62,788 nucleotides of DNA from a virus (lineage: Duplodnaviria; Caudoviricetes), in IMG/VR virus record IMGVR_UViG_3300044228_002718, positions 1-62,788 of that record; one strand, given 5' to 3'. The translations under genes were made by a program, and so were the position numbers. Under the pieces are notes generated by a model, which saw only the letters and a list, made by a program, of their open reading frames with translations, did not search any database and was not told where the DNA came from. Of this stretch, positions 46,130 through 57,364 are shown in pieces. Numbering within the stretch: the first letter of the stretch is position 1; the number at the start of each line of letters is the position of its first letter.

Positions 46130-49100
46130 TTAATCCTTAATTATTATTCTACTATTTACACCATCAAAAATTATATTACCATTGTTACTACCAACACCAC
46201 CTCCAGATACTACTGAAGTTATTTCTGCAAAATCTGAATTTGCTGTTCCACTTCCATCATACTCAAAACTTCTTAAACTTGGTAAGTGAAAGAATACATC
46301 TCCTGCAATTGGATTATTTCCTGAGCCTCTTAAGTTACTAATTGCAGTATGCATTTGGGAGCCAGTTGGTACTGCTCCTGCAGCCAGACCTGAAGTTGTA
46401 GCATCAAATGCTATAGCTTTTCCAGCTGCTCCTTGCGGACCTGTTGGTCCTACGCTACCTGTTGGACCTTGTGGTCCTTGTGTTCCTACTCCACCTTGTG
46501 GGCCTGTTGGACCTGCTGCACCTGTTGGTCCTCCTGGACCTTGTGGACCTACTCCGCCTTGTGGACCTGTTGGACCTGCTGCACCTGTTGGGCCTCCAGG
46601 ACCTTGTGGACCTACTGGGCCTCCAGGACCTTGTGGGCCTGTTGGACCTCCACTACCTGTTGGACCTGCTGGGCCTACTGGACCTGCAGGACCTGCTCCT
46701 CCTGTTGGACCTGCCGCACCTGTTGGACCTGCTGGTCCTTGTGGGCCTGGTGTTGTTCCTGCTGGACCTGCTGGGCCAGGTGCACCTGCTGGACCTTGCG
46801 GTCCTTGTGGCCCGGGAGTAGTTCCTGCCGGACCTGTTGGGCCTGCTGCACCTGCGGGCCCTACTGGACCTTGCGGTCCTTGTGTTCCTGCTGCACCTGC
46901 TGGACCTGCTGCACCTGTTGGACCTGCTGCTCCTCCAGGACCTTGTGGACCTTGTGGTCCTTGTGGTCCTGCTGCACCTGTCGGCCCTTGTGCACCTGCG
47001 GGACCTCCTGGGCCTTGTGGACCTGCTCCTCCGCTTGGTCCTGTTGGGCCTCTAGTTCCTGGCGCACCTCCAGGTCCTTGTGGACCTGCTGGGCCTGTTG
47101 CTCCTTGTGGTCCTGTTGGTCCTACGGCACCTCCAGGTCCTTGTGGACCTTGTGGTCCTTGTGGGCCTGATGGACCTGTTGGTCCTTCTCCAGATTCTGA
47201 TTGTCCTATTACTCCATTACCTGTTGGGTGAAAGTCTGAAAATAAAGTTATTACTTCATTTGAACTTGGTGTTCTTGTTGTTTTTCTTCTAGTTCTAATC
47301 CAAAAATACTTTGTTGAAGCTGCTCCAAGAGATAACTCAAAAGAAGTTGTTTGGTCTAAAGTTCTTAATAAACTTCTAGAAGAGTTGGAAGCTGAATCAC
47401 TTGACCATATCTCTGTACTATCACTTGGCTCATGAAAGTTTGTATGGTTTGCCCAGTTAAGTATAATATCTCCAGGTTTTGCATTTGCTGAAGTACTATT
47501 TGTTGCAGTTAAGCTTCCTGGGCTTCCTGGTTTATCAAGTTGATAATTACTTCCTGTACCATCAACTCTTGTTTCTTGTTTTCTTTGATGAGTAACTATA
47601 TAGATAGTGTCATCATATTCTCTTGCTTTTACTTGTACATTACAATTTGCTTGGAAAGTTAAATTTTCTATTCTAAATCTTTTATTTTCAAATCCAAAAG
47701 GTTCGTAATTAACTGATATAACTTGACCTGCTTTTAGTAAAAGACCTCTTGGTCCTAAAGTAAATGTTATTTCTTTACTGTATCTACTTTGTATTAATTC
47801 TTTTTCTACCAAGATTCTAGCATTGTAGTAGTTAATAATTCCTGTAACAACAGAGTTTCCTGTTTTAACAACATTTCTATCGGCTTTTAAGAAGTCCGAA
47901 TTAAAGAAAGTTACCGACCTTGCTCCCCAGTTATTTTGAGGGTCAAAGATACTCGACTTAATAGTATTTCGGCTATTTCTAGAAGAATTATCGACCAGTG
48001 ATATACTACCAATGATATCTGAATTATCAATATACTCGGGATTAGACTGGATTCCATTAGTTACACTTGCGACTGGTGCGTCTGTTTGTGTTTCTAAATC
48101 GAGAACATATTTTCCATTTGAATATGAAAGTATGCCATTAAAATGGGCTAACATCAAGTTTACATTGTCAAATAAAGATTTATTTGTATCAATAATATGA
48201 CTTGTTTGATGTCTTGTTACCCATATCTGGTCATGACTCTCCCAACCCATATATCTCCAGTATTTAATAAAGTCTGCGTCATAAAGTGAATAAGTTAATG
48301 CTCCAACTTTAGCTATTGCTTTTGTTGAGTCTCCTGTTCCACTTACTTTTGTTAAATTTATAGCTGTTCCATCTGTTTGTGTAGCAATAAATTTAGTACC
48401 GTTTGTAAAACTGGTATTTGTATGAGTTGGCTCTGTTGATACGTGTCCATCACTTTCAACTTCATAGTATCTAAGTACTCCACCACTTATATTATAAATT
48501 AAACTACCTGCATCGTAAGATACGTAATCATAGTATCTTCTAATAAACTGACCAGAACATTTATGGAAAGTAACAGAAGGTAATCCTGAACTATTTACAT
48601 CTGATACAACTGATTTTACAACACCTGACCACAGATGGTTTCCATTACTATCTGTATATTTATAAATTGCTCCTGCTGTTGGTGTAGTAGAAAATGCACT
48701 ACCAAATATTATTGTAACATCAGAGCGAGTATCACAAGCTTCTGCGGTACTTATAAAACTTGATAAGTCAATATCTGTATCAATATCTAAATCTTTTCCG
48801 TATCTATCATCAGTTAGATAGTCTAAAAGCTGTATTGCAGGATTTATTGTTGCTCTTTTATCTTGTCCAATACCTACTATTGTAAACTTTGAACTATTAC
48901 TTAGTTGTGTTGCTGGTCTTGTTGTTTTAATTCTACTATCACTTGCAGTGAAAGACTGTATTTCAAGTTCTTCTATAATTTCTCCAGAATCACCTCTTAA
49001 TTGAAAAACTCCTCCTGTGAGTGCATCATTACTTGTTAAGTTTGATATTGATGTAAACCCACCTAAGAAAAAGCTATTTACTTTTGTCAATTTTACATGA

Positions 49101-51664
49101 GAAGCATTATTTTGCAAAAGAGTTGCTTGAGCAACACTTATAAAAGTATCATCTAGCAGTACAGTATCTGATGTCCAAGTACCTCTCATAACTTTATCTT
49201 GTAGACTTCTTATTCTTCTTGCGTCACTTGTATTGCTTGGAAAAGAGTCAGTAAATAAGAAAGTATACAATGGAGTTTCTGAAGCTCCATATCCTGCCTT
49301 CAATAAGGTTGCATCAGAATTACTAAAAGTTAATTTTGCTGCTCCACTACTGCTACCTAGTAGGGTTGAGACTGCAGTAGGATTCTTACCATATAAAGGT
49401 AATGCAGTATTGCTATCAACAGGGCTGAAATTATAGGTAACCATATGCCAAAAATTCGACCCACTTTTTAGTCTTAATTCAGTAAAACTACCTAGCGTTG
49501 GTTTTGAATCGAGTATAAATCTGTAATGAGTTGAAGCTCTTGAGGTATGAAAAAGGTATTTATGTAAAATTCTAAAATCTTTTCCATCAGATTCTGTTGT
49601 TGATACTGTTCCATCAGCTTTTAAGAATTTATATGTGCCTGAGTCTTTAACTTGTACTTTTACTGTATCCCCATTCTTAAAGTTTGTATGTGCTGCGTTT
49701 GTCTCTGTTGGATTTGGTTTGTATGTTCCATCATAGTTGTAAGATTCTACAACTCTACCTTTTATAACATAGTCTAAATCAGGTATAGAAGTTTGTTCTG
49801 CACTAAGTTGAGTTGCGACAACCATGTAAGAGGTATCAAATAATCTATGAGCAGGTGACCAGTAAGGTAAGTCATCTGTATAATAATCTACTTGTCTTTT
49901 AAACTTTTGTCCTGCAGAAGCATTTGCTCTTGTTGTTAATAAGTTTGAAGCCACTTGATCTGACCTTCCCGCAAAAAATGTAAATGACATATTATGAGGA
50001 CTACTAATAGTTCCAAACTCCTCATGTTGCATACCAAAACCTGCTGAACTTGCATCTATCGTTTGACTATTTACTGCACTTTGAGTTAATTCTCCATACT
50101 GTCTTTCTAAGTAAGCTATTTGTGCTGCTAATCTATCTACTCTTTCAAAGTCTCCTAAACTTTCTGCTATTATTAATTCTTCGTAAAGATCAGCAATTTG
50201 TTGTTGTTGAGTGGTTAAAGATCCATCTGAATTATCTCCTGTTCCACCTAATGTGTCTCCTTTATCTGCTCTTCCATAACATTGTAGTGTTGCATCGTCT
50301 CTTGTACTTGTTGCTGAACTATTATCTGCTCCCCTTAAATTAGAGTCTGCTAAATCAGTACAAATAAGTGGTGCGTCATCAATATATAAGTTTAGTAGTC
50401 CATGTATTTCTCCTTCTGCTATTGCATCAATAAAATATACTAATTTACTATCTTCCTCTGCTGTATCAGCAAATATTGGCGCTCCCTCTATTCTTTGCAC
50501 TCCGTAAACAACAGGAAGTGTTTTAGCTTGTAAGAATATATTTATATTTACATTATTATCTACTGCTTCCTGATATTCTCTATATGCATCTTTCTTTTGT
50601 CCTAGCCAACTCCCAAGCCAACCACCTCTTCTTACTCTTTCTTTTCTATATTTAGTTACATAGGTTTTATAAACTGCTTGTTGTGATAGTGATGTTTCTG
50701 AGTGCATAAATCCAAGGTCATATGCATATTGTCGTCTTACTGCAACATCTGGTTGAGGATTTCCTTGTCCATCAAGTGCTCTGTGCACTTCATCTGTCAT
50801 TAATCTTCCTTGAACATGTGTAAAATCTCCCCAATGACTTGTGAGATTCCATTTTACTTGAGTTTTATTTATTGATTCTTGTATGTTACAAGAAGAGATT
50901 ATTCCTTTAAATACAAGTACAGAAGTGTTTCCTATAACTGCTCCTGTTTCTGGATTTATAAATATTTTGTGGATAAATACTTCTCTATTTAAAAAAGAAG
51001 GATTCGTTGCATTAGTTCCTCTTTCAAGAGTAGCTGATTTTAATTCTTCAGAATCTAATTCTATTGTTACTGCAACAGAAGTATCTGTCGGTACTGAACT
51101 ATCATCTGAATCATTACCTGTTGTTAGTAGTGTTATTGTTTTGTTTGCATCGCCAAATGCTGAAATTACAAAAGTTTCTGAGGAGTTGCCAGTAGAAAAG
51201 TTTCCAGAGTTTTTAGTAATTTTAATTTTATCGCCTTCACGAAAACCTTCTTCAACTAAGTCTACAACATTTCCATTTAGTACAGATGTTGAAACTGTAA
51301 AAGTATTACTACTAAAACTACCTGAAACAGAACTAGCGATACCTAAACTTTCTGCAGATAAAGTAAGAGACATACTTGTGGCTCTAGCAGTAATTGTTTC
51401 TGAATAACTTCCTATTGCCTCTATTCTATTTGCTCTATAAATTTGTGAGCCGTTAGAGTTTCCATCATGGTCTACTGAGCCATCATCAAAAGAAAAATCT
51501 CTACTGCCATCTGTCAGATAAACATATCTATTTGCATTAGTTCTATACTTTCCATCACTATCAGGCGCAAAAGGTCTTTCAAATTTAATTAAGTGTGCAT
51601 ATTCAAACGGTTCATTATTAATTAAGGCCGTTTCTATGTTTGAATTAATACTTCTTTTTGCCAT
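46130..51664 (-). CDS. central tail-tip / baseplate hub protein (T5 pb3 / lambda J-like) with FnIII and collagen domains
   Basis: Follows Dit; [29 protein letters not shown]...YG; FnIII-like PGSPGSL...YFWIR; Gly-X-Y tract. Confidence 0.88.
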   Translation of the reverse strand: MAKRSINSNIETALINNEPFEYAHLIKFERPFAPDSDGKYRTNANRYVYLTDGSRDFSFDDGSVDHDGNSNGSQIYRANRIEAIGSYSETITARATSMSLTLSAESLGIASSVSGSFSSNTFTVSTSVLNGNVVDLVEEGFREGDKIKITKNSGNFSTGNSSETFVISAFGDANKTITLLTTGNDSDDSSVPTDTSVAVTIELDSEELKSATLERGTNATNPSFLNREVFIHKIFINPETGAVIGNTSVLVFKGIISSCNIQESINKTQVKWNLTSHWGDFTHVQGRLMTDEVHRALDGQGNPQPDVAVRRQYAYDLGFMHSETSLSQQAVYKTYVTKYRKERVRRGGWLGSWLGQKKDAYREYQEAVDNNVNINIFLQAKTLPVVYGVQRIEGAPIFADTAEEDSKLVYFIDAIAEGEIHGLLNLYIDDAPLICTDLADSNLRGADNSSATSTRDDATLQCYGRADKGDTLGGTGDNSDGSLTTQQQQIADLYEELIIAESLGDFERVDRLAAQIAYLERQYGELTQSAVNSQTIDASSAGFGMQHEEFGTISSPHNMSFTFFAGRSDQVASNLLTTRANASAGQKFKRQVDYYTDDLPYWSPAHRLFDTSYMVVATQLSAEQTSIPDLDYVIKGRVVESYNYDGTYKPNPTETNAAHTNFKNGDTVKVQVKDSGTYKFLKADGTVSTTESDGKDFRILHKYLFHTSRASTHYRFILDSKPTLGSFTELRLKSGSNFWHMVTYNFSPVDSNTALPLYGKNPTAVSTLLGSSSGAAKLTFSNSDATLLKAGYGASETPLYTFLFTDSFPSNTSDARRIRSLQDKVMRGTWTSDTVLLDDTFISVAQATLLQNNASHVKLTKVNSFFLGGFTSISNLTSNDALTGGVFQLRGDSGEIIEELEIQSFTASDSRIKTTRPATQLSNSSKFTIVGIGQDKRATINPAIQLLDYLTDDRYGKDLDIDTDIDLSSFISTAEACDTRSDVTIIFGSAFSTTPTAGAIYKYTDSNGNHLWSGVVKSVVSDVNSSGLPSVTFHKCSGQFIRRYYDYVSYDAGSLIYNISGGVLRYYEVESDGHVSTEPTHTNTSFTNGTKFIATQTDGTAINLTKVSGTGDSTKAIAKVGALTYSLYDADFIKYWRYMGWESHDQIWVTRHQTSHIIDTNKSLFDNVNLMLAHFNGILSYSNGKYVLDLETQTDAPVASVTNGIQSNPEYIDNSDIIGSISLVDNSSRNSRNTIKSSIFDPQNNWGARSVTFFNSDFLKADRNVVKTGNSVVTGIINYYNARILVEKELIQSRYSKEITFTLGPRGLLLKAGQVISVNYEPFGFENKRFRIENLTFQANCNVQVKAREYDDTIYIVTHQRKQETRVDGTGSNYQLDKPGSPGSLTATNSTSANAKPGDIILNWANHTNFHEPSDSTEIWSSDSASNSSRSLLRTLDQTTSFELSLGAASTKYFWIRTRRKTTRTPSSNEVITLFSDFHPTGNGVIGQSESGEGPTGPSGPQGPQGPQGPGGAVGPTGPQGATGPAGPQGPGGAPGTRGPTGPSGGAGPQGPGGPAGAQGPTGAAGPQGPQGPQGPGGAAGPTGAAGPAGAAGTQGPQGPVGPAGAAGPTGPAGTTPGPQGPQGPAGAPGPAGPAGTTPGPQGPAGPTGAAGPTGGAGPAGPVGPAGPTGSGGPTGPQGPGGPVGPQGPGGPTGAAGPTGPQGGVGPQGPGGPTGAAGPTGPQGGVGTQGPQGPTGSVGPTGPQGAAGKAIAFDATTSGLAAGAVPTGSQMHTAISNLRGSGNNPIAGDVFFHLPSLRSFEYDGSGTANSDFAEITSVVSGGGVGSNNGNIIFDGVNSRIIIKD
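46415..47185 (-). repeat. collagen-like (Gly-X-Y)85 tract
   Basis: Counted from the translation: 85 triplets, 59 with Pro at X, 20 GPQ, 16 GPT, two one-residue interruptions (GTTP). Confidence 0.95.
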
Positions 51665-52380
51665 TATGGTTGTGCTTCCTCTAGTTGTAAACTGAATTGA
51701 AATAAATTGTTGTTTCCTAAATCATACTCTATTACATCTGAGGTCATAATAACTCTTATTAATACATTTTCAAAGTTAATAGTAGAATCATTAGAGACAG
51801 CTTTCTCTATTGGTGGTGAAGTGTAAATTATTCTTTCTCCACTATTTGGTTGAGAGCCTGAAAGATAGTTTGAATTAGTTAGTACTTTTATAATCTTATA
51901 TGCTTTTAAATGATTAGAATTACTACTATCAGTAAAAGTTATCATATCTCCTGGTCTTAAACCTTCTGAAGCATTATCAGAACTAAATCCATCGGCAGTA
52001 AAACTTCTTGCTCCTGCACTTATAGCTCCATCAACGCTTACAGTTCCAGTAAATCCTGAAGTTCTTGTATCTGCATATTGAGGTAAAGATATAAAGAAAG
52101 GTCTAATTTTTCCATACTCTAAAAGAAAGTTATGAATAGGTTCAAACTCATCTCGTGTCATTGGATTATAGGAAATGTTAATATTCCACTTTTGATTTGC
52201 AATCGCACGAGTAATCACACGACCACTATTAGTTCTTGAAATTGCTACAGGTCTTTGACTTGCAAATCTTACTGATGCAAATCCTGGTCCTGTAACTCTT
52301 GTTCCTGTTGCGCTTCCGTCCTCTGCTATTCCAAAGTTAGGGTCTGGTAATCTGTTTGCAAAACTACTAAACTGTGCCAT
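51664..52380 (-). CDS. distal tail protein (T5 pb9-like)
   Basis: LPDP, GPGFASV, SLPQY; lies between TMP and hub. Confidence 0.82.
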   Translation of the reverse strand: MAQFSSFANRLPDPNFGIAEDGSATGTRVTGPGFASVRFASQRPVAISRTNSGRVITRAIANQKWNINISYNPMTRDEFEPIHNFLLEYGKIRPFFISLPQYADTRTSGFTGTVSVDGAISAGARSFTADGFSSDNASEGLRPGDMITFTDSSNSNHLKAYKIIKVLTNSNYLSGSQPNSGERIIYTSPPIEKAVSNDSTINFENVLIRVIMTSDVIEYDLGNNNLFQFSLQLEEAQP

Positions 52381-55300
52381 TATGTATCTCCTCCACTACT
52401 TCCGTATGCCATGGTATCTACATTCTCTAAAAAGTTTTCTCCATTTTGATTGGCTGCTTGTCTTATCATTTTAATTATATTTCCTTGTTGATTCATAAGT
52501 ACATCTTCAACACCTGCTGAGTCTAGTGCTGAAATAGAGAAGTTTACATTCATAGTTCCTCCTCCTAAAGCATAATTAGGAGTTACATCTATATCTGAAG
52601 AAGCAGATACAATCTCAGGTCCTCTTTCTCCAACCACTATTCCACCATCTGAGTAAGATTTTCTACCCATTGCTCCACCTGGGAATGATGCTCCTGCTCC
52701 ACCTATATCTTGTCCTGTTGTTCTGCCACCTCTTAAATATGCGAGTTCACTTGCAGTTGCTCTTTGAGACACATCAACTGCGCTTCCTCTATTTCCAATA
52801 TTAAGATTTGTTTGAGGAGTTTCTATATTACTTGAAGTACTTTGATACTTAGTTTTTGCTATAATTGCTAACTGAGCCGCACCTAATGCAGCCATCATTG
52901 CAGAAAGTGCTATATTAAATGGTGGCGGTGCTGAAGCAAGTGCTTGAACTATAGCAGCTGAAGTATTAACAACTGTTTGAGCCATTTGAAGTTTCTTATT
53001 TGTTTCAAAAGACTTTCTTGCTATGGCATCTTTCTTTGCTTCCATAGCTCTTATTTTATTTAAAGATTCAGCAGATTTACCATCTCTTTTCTTTTCTGCC
53101 GCTATTTGATTGTCTATTTCTGCAACTTGTTGTCTTGTTGAAGCCTGTAATACCATACTAACTTGTGCAAGTATATTTCCTACAGCTTGAAGTCCTTCAG
53201 CAGATTTAAGACCCTCCATTGACATAATATTAAATGCATCAGCAATACCTAGTATTCCAGTAGTTGCAGCAGCTACAAACTCTCCCTCTGGCCCAAGTCC
53301 TTTTAGTTGTTCAATCATTGGGTTTAAAATACCTTCTGTTGCTTTTAGTTTTTCTTGAGCACTTCCACCAACTGCTTCTGTAAGTAAGTTACCTGTTGTT
53401 GCATCAAATGTTGCCTCTTGACGTTTTTCAAAAACTCCTCTACCTGCTGCTGCTCCTATTCTGTCAATTGTTGTTCCTGTTTGTTCTGCGGTTGCAAATG
53501 CTCCAAACATTGTGCTTCTAGCTCCAGTTATAGTTCTGCTTAGAGCATTTCGAGCGCTTTGTGTTTGTGCTAGCAGTAATTCTTCCTGCAGTTGAATCAA
53601 TCTTACTCTTTCATCAGGATCTAAATTTTTATTGGCGTTTATTTTTTCTATAGCTATTTTCTTTTCTAGGCCTAGTATTTCTAATTTAAGTTTGAGTTCT
53701 TCTCTCGCAGCGTTAATTGTAAGTTCTGCTTGTTTTTTGGCATTTTCTACAGCTTGTTCTCCAGTTAGTGTAAAAGTACCTCTTTTTCTAAGAGTTTCTA
53801 ATTTTTGATTTAGAGTAAATAAAGCTCCCTCTGCCTGTGCTGCTGATTTTGCTGCTGATATCAAAGCTGAACTCAGCTTTTTCTCTTCAGCAAGTTTATT
53901 TGCTTCGTCTGATAACTCTCTGAATTGCTTAGCAAGTGCTTCAATTCTAGTTGTTGTGCCTCCAGCACCATCATCTATTTCCTCAAATAAATTTTTTGTA
54001 GTTATTCCAAACTTCGCTAGTGTTGCAATCTCTTTATCGCTAATCTCTCCTAGTAACTGTTCTATAGCTTTTTCTTCGCCTAGTTGAGTTGATAAATTAA
54101 CAAAACTATTTACTATAGAATCTACTTGATCTGCTAAAACTGTAAACTCATTTTTCTTTTTCAATCTATTTAAAAACTCACTAAATACTTTATCGGTTTG
54201 TAATAATCCTTTTCCAAAACTTTGAATCTCTCCTTCAGCACCTTGAACACCACTATTAAGTTGATTAACAATAGACTCTATTACTCTAAGAACTTCTGAT
54301 GATTTTACTCCTGAGTCTATTAACAGTTGTATATATTCTGTAAAACCTGAATTTGGGCCAAAGAAATCATTTACAACTATAGCTCCTATTTCTGCTTCTT
54401 CTTTAATTTGTCTGATTCCCTCTGCTGCTTCTTCAAAAATTTTAGTAACATCAGATTCATTAATAGTTTCTACAAATTTTTCTGTTGGTTTGAAGAAAAA
54501 ATCTACTGTGGCTTTACCAAAATTTCCAATAGCTTCTATACTGTCTCCTATAAAACTACCTATACCATCAAAAACAGTTTTTACACCTGTAGGTATTATA
54601 AATCCTGCATCATATAATTCTTTTATTACCATAGAAACTCTTTTCATTCCTAGTTCAAATTTACTTATCTTTTTTTCTTGTCCTAATTCATTAATTGCGG
54701 CATTTACTGCTGCGGTTAATTCATCAAATGCTCCAGCTGCAAAAGTAGTATTTTGTCTAAGTTCAAATAAAGTTTCTGTTATAGCATCAAATCCGTCTTT
54801 TTGATTTCTTAATAACTGTGCTGTTTCTTTTACACCTATATTAAAATCCTTTAAGTTATCATCAAACTCTTTTACTGTTGTTTGAAGTTTTTGAATTCCA
54901 CTATCAGCATCTTTTGAACTTCTAAATACATTAATTAAAAATTCTACTAGCAGTCCTCCAATAAATATAATTTGTCCTGCTAATGGAATAGCATTTACTA
55001 AGGCGGCTCCAAATAATCTTATACCACCTGCTGCTAGTTTAGAGCCAACTTTTACTTGTGTTCCAAAATCTTTAAATCTTCTTTGATTGCCTTTTCCAGT
55101 TAGATTTCCTAACTTTCTTTCTGTAAGATTTACTTCTCCTCTTAGTTTACCAAATGCTTTATTAGCCTCTTTAAAACCTCCAAGTCCACCAGTTGCCCCA
55201 ATAGCTACAACTCCTTTTGAAAGTTGACCTTCTTCTCTAGCAGCTCTGTTTGCTATCATAGCCTTTTGTTGAGAAGCTGCTCTTCCTGCTTCTGCTGCTT

Positions 55301-56573
55301 TTAACTCTTCGACTTCTCTTTTTAATTTTCGTATAGCTTCTAGTTCTCGTTCCTTTCTTTTCAATTCTTTGCCTGAGAAGTTTGTTAAATTTCTTTCTCT
55401 AAGTTTTTCTGATTTACTTAGACTTCCCAGTGCTTTATCATAATTTTTTATTTGTGTGTTTTGTGCTAGTTGATTTCTTAGTTGTTTAACTCCTGCTCCT
55501 CCAAGATTGGAAGCAATTACTGCTTTTTTCCTTGCTTGTATAATTCTATTTGAAGATTCTTCTTGTTTTGATGCTGCTATTTTTGCTTTTTCTGCCGCCT
55601 CTAAAGATTTATCGCCTAATTGTGTTAAGGCTGGGAACATTTGACCAACAATAGTACTTGCAAAGGCAACTAGAGTTCCTAGTAATATAGCTGAGTTAGC
55701 AGTAAGTAATTTAATGAGGGGTGTTATTGCAACGTTTGCAAAACCAATTAGTTGTTTTGTTAAGTCAGCAAATGATGCTGCTAGTTGGTCATACGGATTG
55801 GGGTCTATTTGGTCTGCTATTCTACCATATTTTAGTTCGCCTTGTTCTATTGCGGCATTTAAAAATGCTTGTCGTCTTTCAAAGTCCGATAACTCACTTG
55901 CAGCCTTTCCTAAACTAGCTGCATAGTTTTCTGTTGCAGTATCTAATCTTACAAGAATACCTAATTCATCAAGAATTTCAGGTTCTAGTTTTGCGACCCC
56001 TCGGAAGAGCCTGTCAATAGAGTCTCCTAAATTTCTACCTAAAGATATAGAAGCATTACGAGCAACTTGACCTAATCTTTCTATACTTTCTGTTGAGAAT
56101 CCTGCAGTAAGTGCTACTGCAGAAGCTCTAGTAGCATCTTCAAATGACAGTGCTTGATTTGTAATTTCTCTTAATTTGTCAGTAATTACTGAACCAGTTC
56201 TACCTACTTGAGCAGCTAAAAAATCAAAACCTTTTGCTAAAGTTTCTACTTGTGCTGCACTTCGTAAAGCATTAAAAGCAGCTGTTGCCGCAAAGACGTT
56301 AGCTGCTAATGTTGCATAAGCACCAACAAGGCCAGAACTTCCCGACCCTATGGTTTGATTCATTTTTGAAAAAGATTTTGCTGAACTTAAGTTGCTTTGA
56401 AATAGTGATTTATTCTGCTTATCATAATCTTTTGCAGTTTTACCAGCTTTCTTTGTTCTTTGTGAAGTCTTTTCTACTTCTTCACCAAGACGAGCAGTAT
56501 CCTTAGCTACGACACTAATATTCTTGCCCGATGCTACTACTTCAAACGAAGCTACTACTCTTTTATTGCTCAT
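52380..56573 (-). CDS. tape measure protein (T5 pb2-like)
   Basis: 1397 aa, Ala-rich and helical; GLVGAYATLAANVFA, KLEPEILDELGI. Confidence 0.92.
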   Translation of the reverse strand: MSNKRVVASFEVVASGKNISVVAKDTARLGEEVEKTSQRTKKAGKTAKDYDKQNKSLFQSNLSSAKSFSKMNQTIGSGSSGLVGAYATLAANVFAATAAFNALRSAAQVETLAKGFDFLAAQVGRTGSVITDKLREITNQALSFEDATRASAVALTAGFSTESIERLGQVARNASISLGRNLGDSIDRLFRGVAKLEPEILDELGILVRLDTATENYAASLGKAASELSDFERRQAFLNAAIEQGELKYGRIADQIDPNPYDQLAASFADLTKQLIGFANVAITPLIKLLTANSAILLGTLVAFASTIVGQMFPALTQLGDKSLEAAEKAKIAASKQEESSNRIIQARKKAVIASNLGGAGVKQLRNQLAQNTQIKNYDKALGSLSKSEKLRERNLTNFSGKELKRKERELEAIRKLKREVEELKAAEAGRAASQQKAMIANRAAREEGQLSKGVVAIGATGGLGGFKEANKAFGKLRGEVNLTERKLGNLTGKGNQRRFKDFGTQVKVGSKLAAGGIRLFGAALVNAIPLAGQIIFIGGLLVEFLINVFRSSKDADSGIQKLQTTVKEFDDNLKDFNIGVKETAQLLRNQKDGFDAITETLFELRQNTTFAAGAFDELTAAVNAAINELGQEKKISKFELGMKRVSMVIKELYDAGFIIPTGVKTVFDGIGSFIGDSIEAIGNFGKATVDFFFKPTEKFVETINESDVTKIFEEAAEGIRQIKEEAEIGAIVVNDFFGPNSGFTEYIQLLIDSGVKSSEVLRVIESIVNQLNSGVQGAEGEIQSFGKGLLQTDKVFSEFLNRLKKKNEFTVLADQVDSIVNSFVNLSTQLGEEKAIEQLLGEISDKEIATLAKFGITTKNLFEEIDDGAGGTTTRIEALAKQFRELSDEANKLAEEKKLSSALISAAKSAAQAEGALFTLNQKLETLRKRGTFTLTGEQAVENAKKQAELTINAAREELKLKLEILGLEKKIAIEKINANKNLDPDERVRLIQLQEELLLAQTQSARNALSRTITGARSTMFGAFATAEQTGTTIDRIGAAAGRGVFEKRQEATFDATTGNLLTEAVGGSAQEKLKATEGILNPMIEQLKGLGPEGEFVAAATTGILGIADAFNIMSMEGLKSAEGLQAVGNILAQVSMVLQASTRQQVAEIDNQIAAEKKRDGKSAESLNKIRAMEAKKDAIARKSFETNKKLQMAQTVVNTSAAIVQALASAPPPFNIALSAMMAALGAAQLAIIAKTKYQSTSSNIETPQTNLNIGNRGSAVDVSQRATASELAYLRGGRTTGQDIGGAGASFPGGAMGRKSYSDGGIVVGERGPEIVSASSDIDVTPNYALGGGTMNVNFSISALDSAGVEDVLMNQQGNIIKMIRQAANQNGENFLENVDTMAYGSSGGDT

Positions 56574-56894
56574 TTATCTTTTTCTTTTTATTTTATTAAT
56601 TTCTTCTTTGAGTTTCTTTTGTGAAGCCTCTATAGCTCTTCTTTCTAGCCAAAGACACATTTCAAAAACAAATTCTCTATTAATATCTTTATTTTGTTTA
56701 ATTAGAAACTCAAAATTTGTGTAGTCTTTTCCTACAAATCCAACTTCAGAATAAACTCTATCTCCTAATGAATGATAGATATTTACAGCATCTATCACTG
56801 CTTGTGGAAAGTCTTCCCACTCTGCTGGACATTTTTCCCAATCAGGTTCTTCATTCATCTGTTCGCACATTTCCAAGTATTGAGACTTGGTCAT
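56574..56894 (-). CDS. tail assembly chaperone, downstream (T-like) part
   Basis: Directly upstream of TMP; its frame stays open upstream to 56969. Confidence 0.75.
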   Translation of the reverse strand: MTKSQYLEMCEQMNEEPDWEKCPAEWEDFPQAVIDAVNIYHSLGDRVYSEVGFVGKDYTNFEFLIKQNKDINREFVFEMCLWLERRAIEASQKKLKEEINKIKRKR

Positions 56895-56910
56895 GCCAAC
56901 ATCTTGATTA

Positions 56911-57354
56911 TCAAGAAGAACTTTCAGCTTTTGGTATATTAGCTCCTTGGCCTCCGCTACGAAAGTTTTCTAAGTCAAAGACTACCTCGTTGAGCCAATT
57001 ATCAAATTCGTTAGAATTTTCTACTAATACTCTAGCGTTCTCAAAAGTAAATTCCATTAATTTTTCGGGGTCTTGACCTTTTAAATCAACAAGCATCAAG
57101 TCTTCTAAGTAACTTAACTTTAACCCTTTCCAATTTTTAATAGTTGCTTCTGTAAATTCTTTTACAAATTTAACTTCATCTAAATCTTCTTCAAACATTC
57201 TAGTTTTTCTATTGAACTTATTTGTTGTGCTTCTCTTTCTAAGAGAAGTTAATTCTTTTCTGGAAAGATTAGCAAGTTCAACACTAAATCCCTCCATGCC
57301 TGGAAAATCTACCCATGCAGTTTTACTATCTACTAATAATGATTTTAATTCCAC
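56911..57354 (-). CDS. tail assembly chaperone (G-like)
   Basis: IKNWKGL, FDNWL..VFDLENFR; position as in T5. Confidence 0.8.
   Translation of the reverse strand: MELKSLLVDSKTAWVDFPGMEGFSVELANLSRKELTSLRKRSTTNKFNRKTRMFEEDLDEVKFVKEFTEATIKNWKGLKLSYLEDLMLVDLKGQDPEKLMEFTFENARVLVENSNEFDNWLNEVVFDLENFRSGGQGANIPKAESSS
56959..56967 (-). other. candidate programmed +1 frameshift site AAC-UUU-CGU
   Basis: The +1 frame opens two codons before UUC and runs without a stop into the T ORF. Confidence 0.6.
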
Positions 57355-57364
57355 TTTTTTCTCC

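Noticed and set aside
46415-47185. Repeats as a CRISPR array or non-coding VNTR
   Set aside because: 9-bp periodicity with third-position variation indicates coding Gly-X-Y; there are no unique spacers and no cas genes.
46433-47292. Several long alternative-frame and antisense ORFs (Cys/Trp-rich, Leu/Asp-rich) over the collagen tract
   Set aside because: Shadow ORFs produced by stop-free GGN-CCN repeats; no SD and low complexity.
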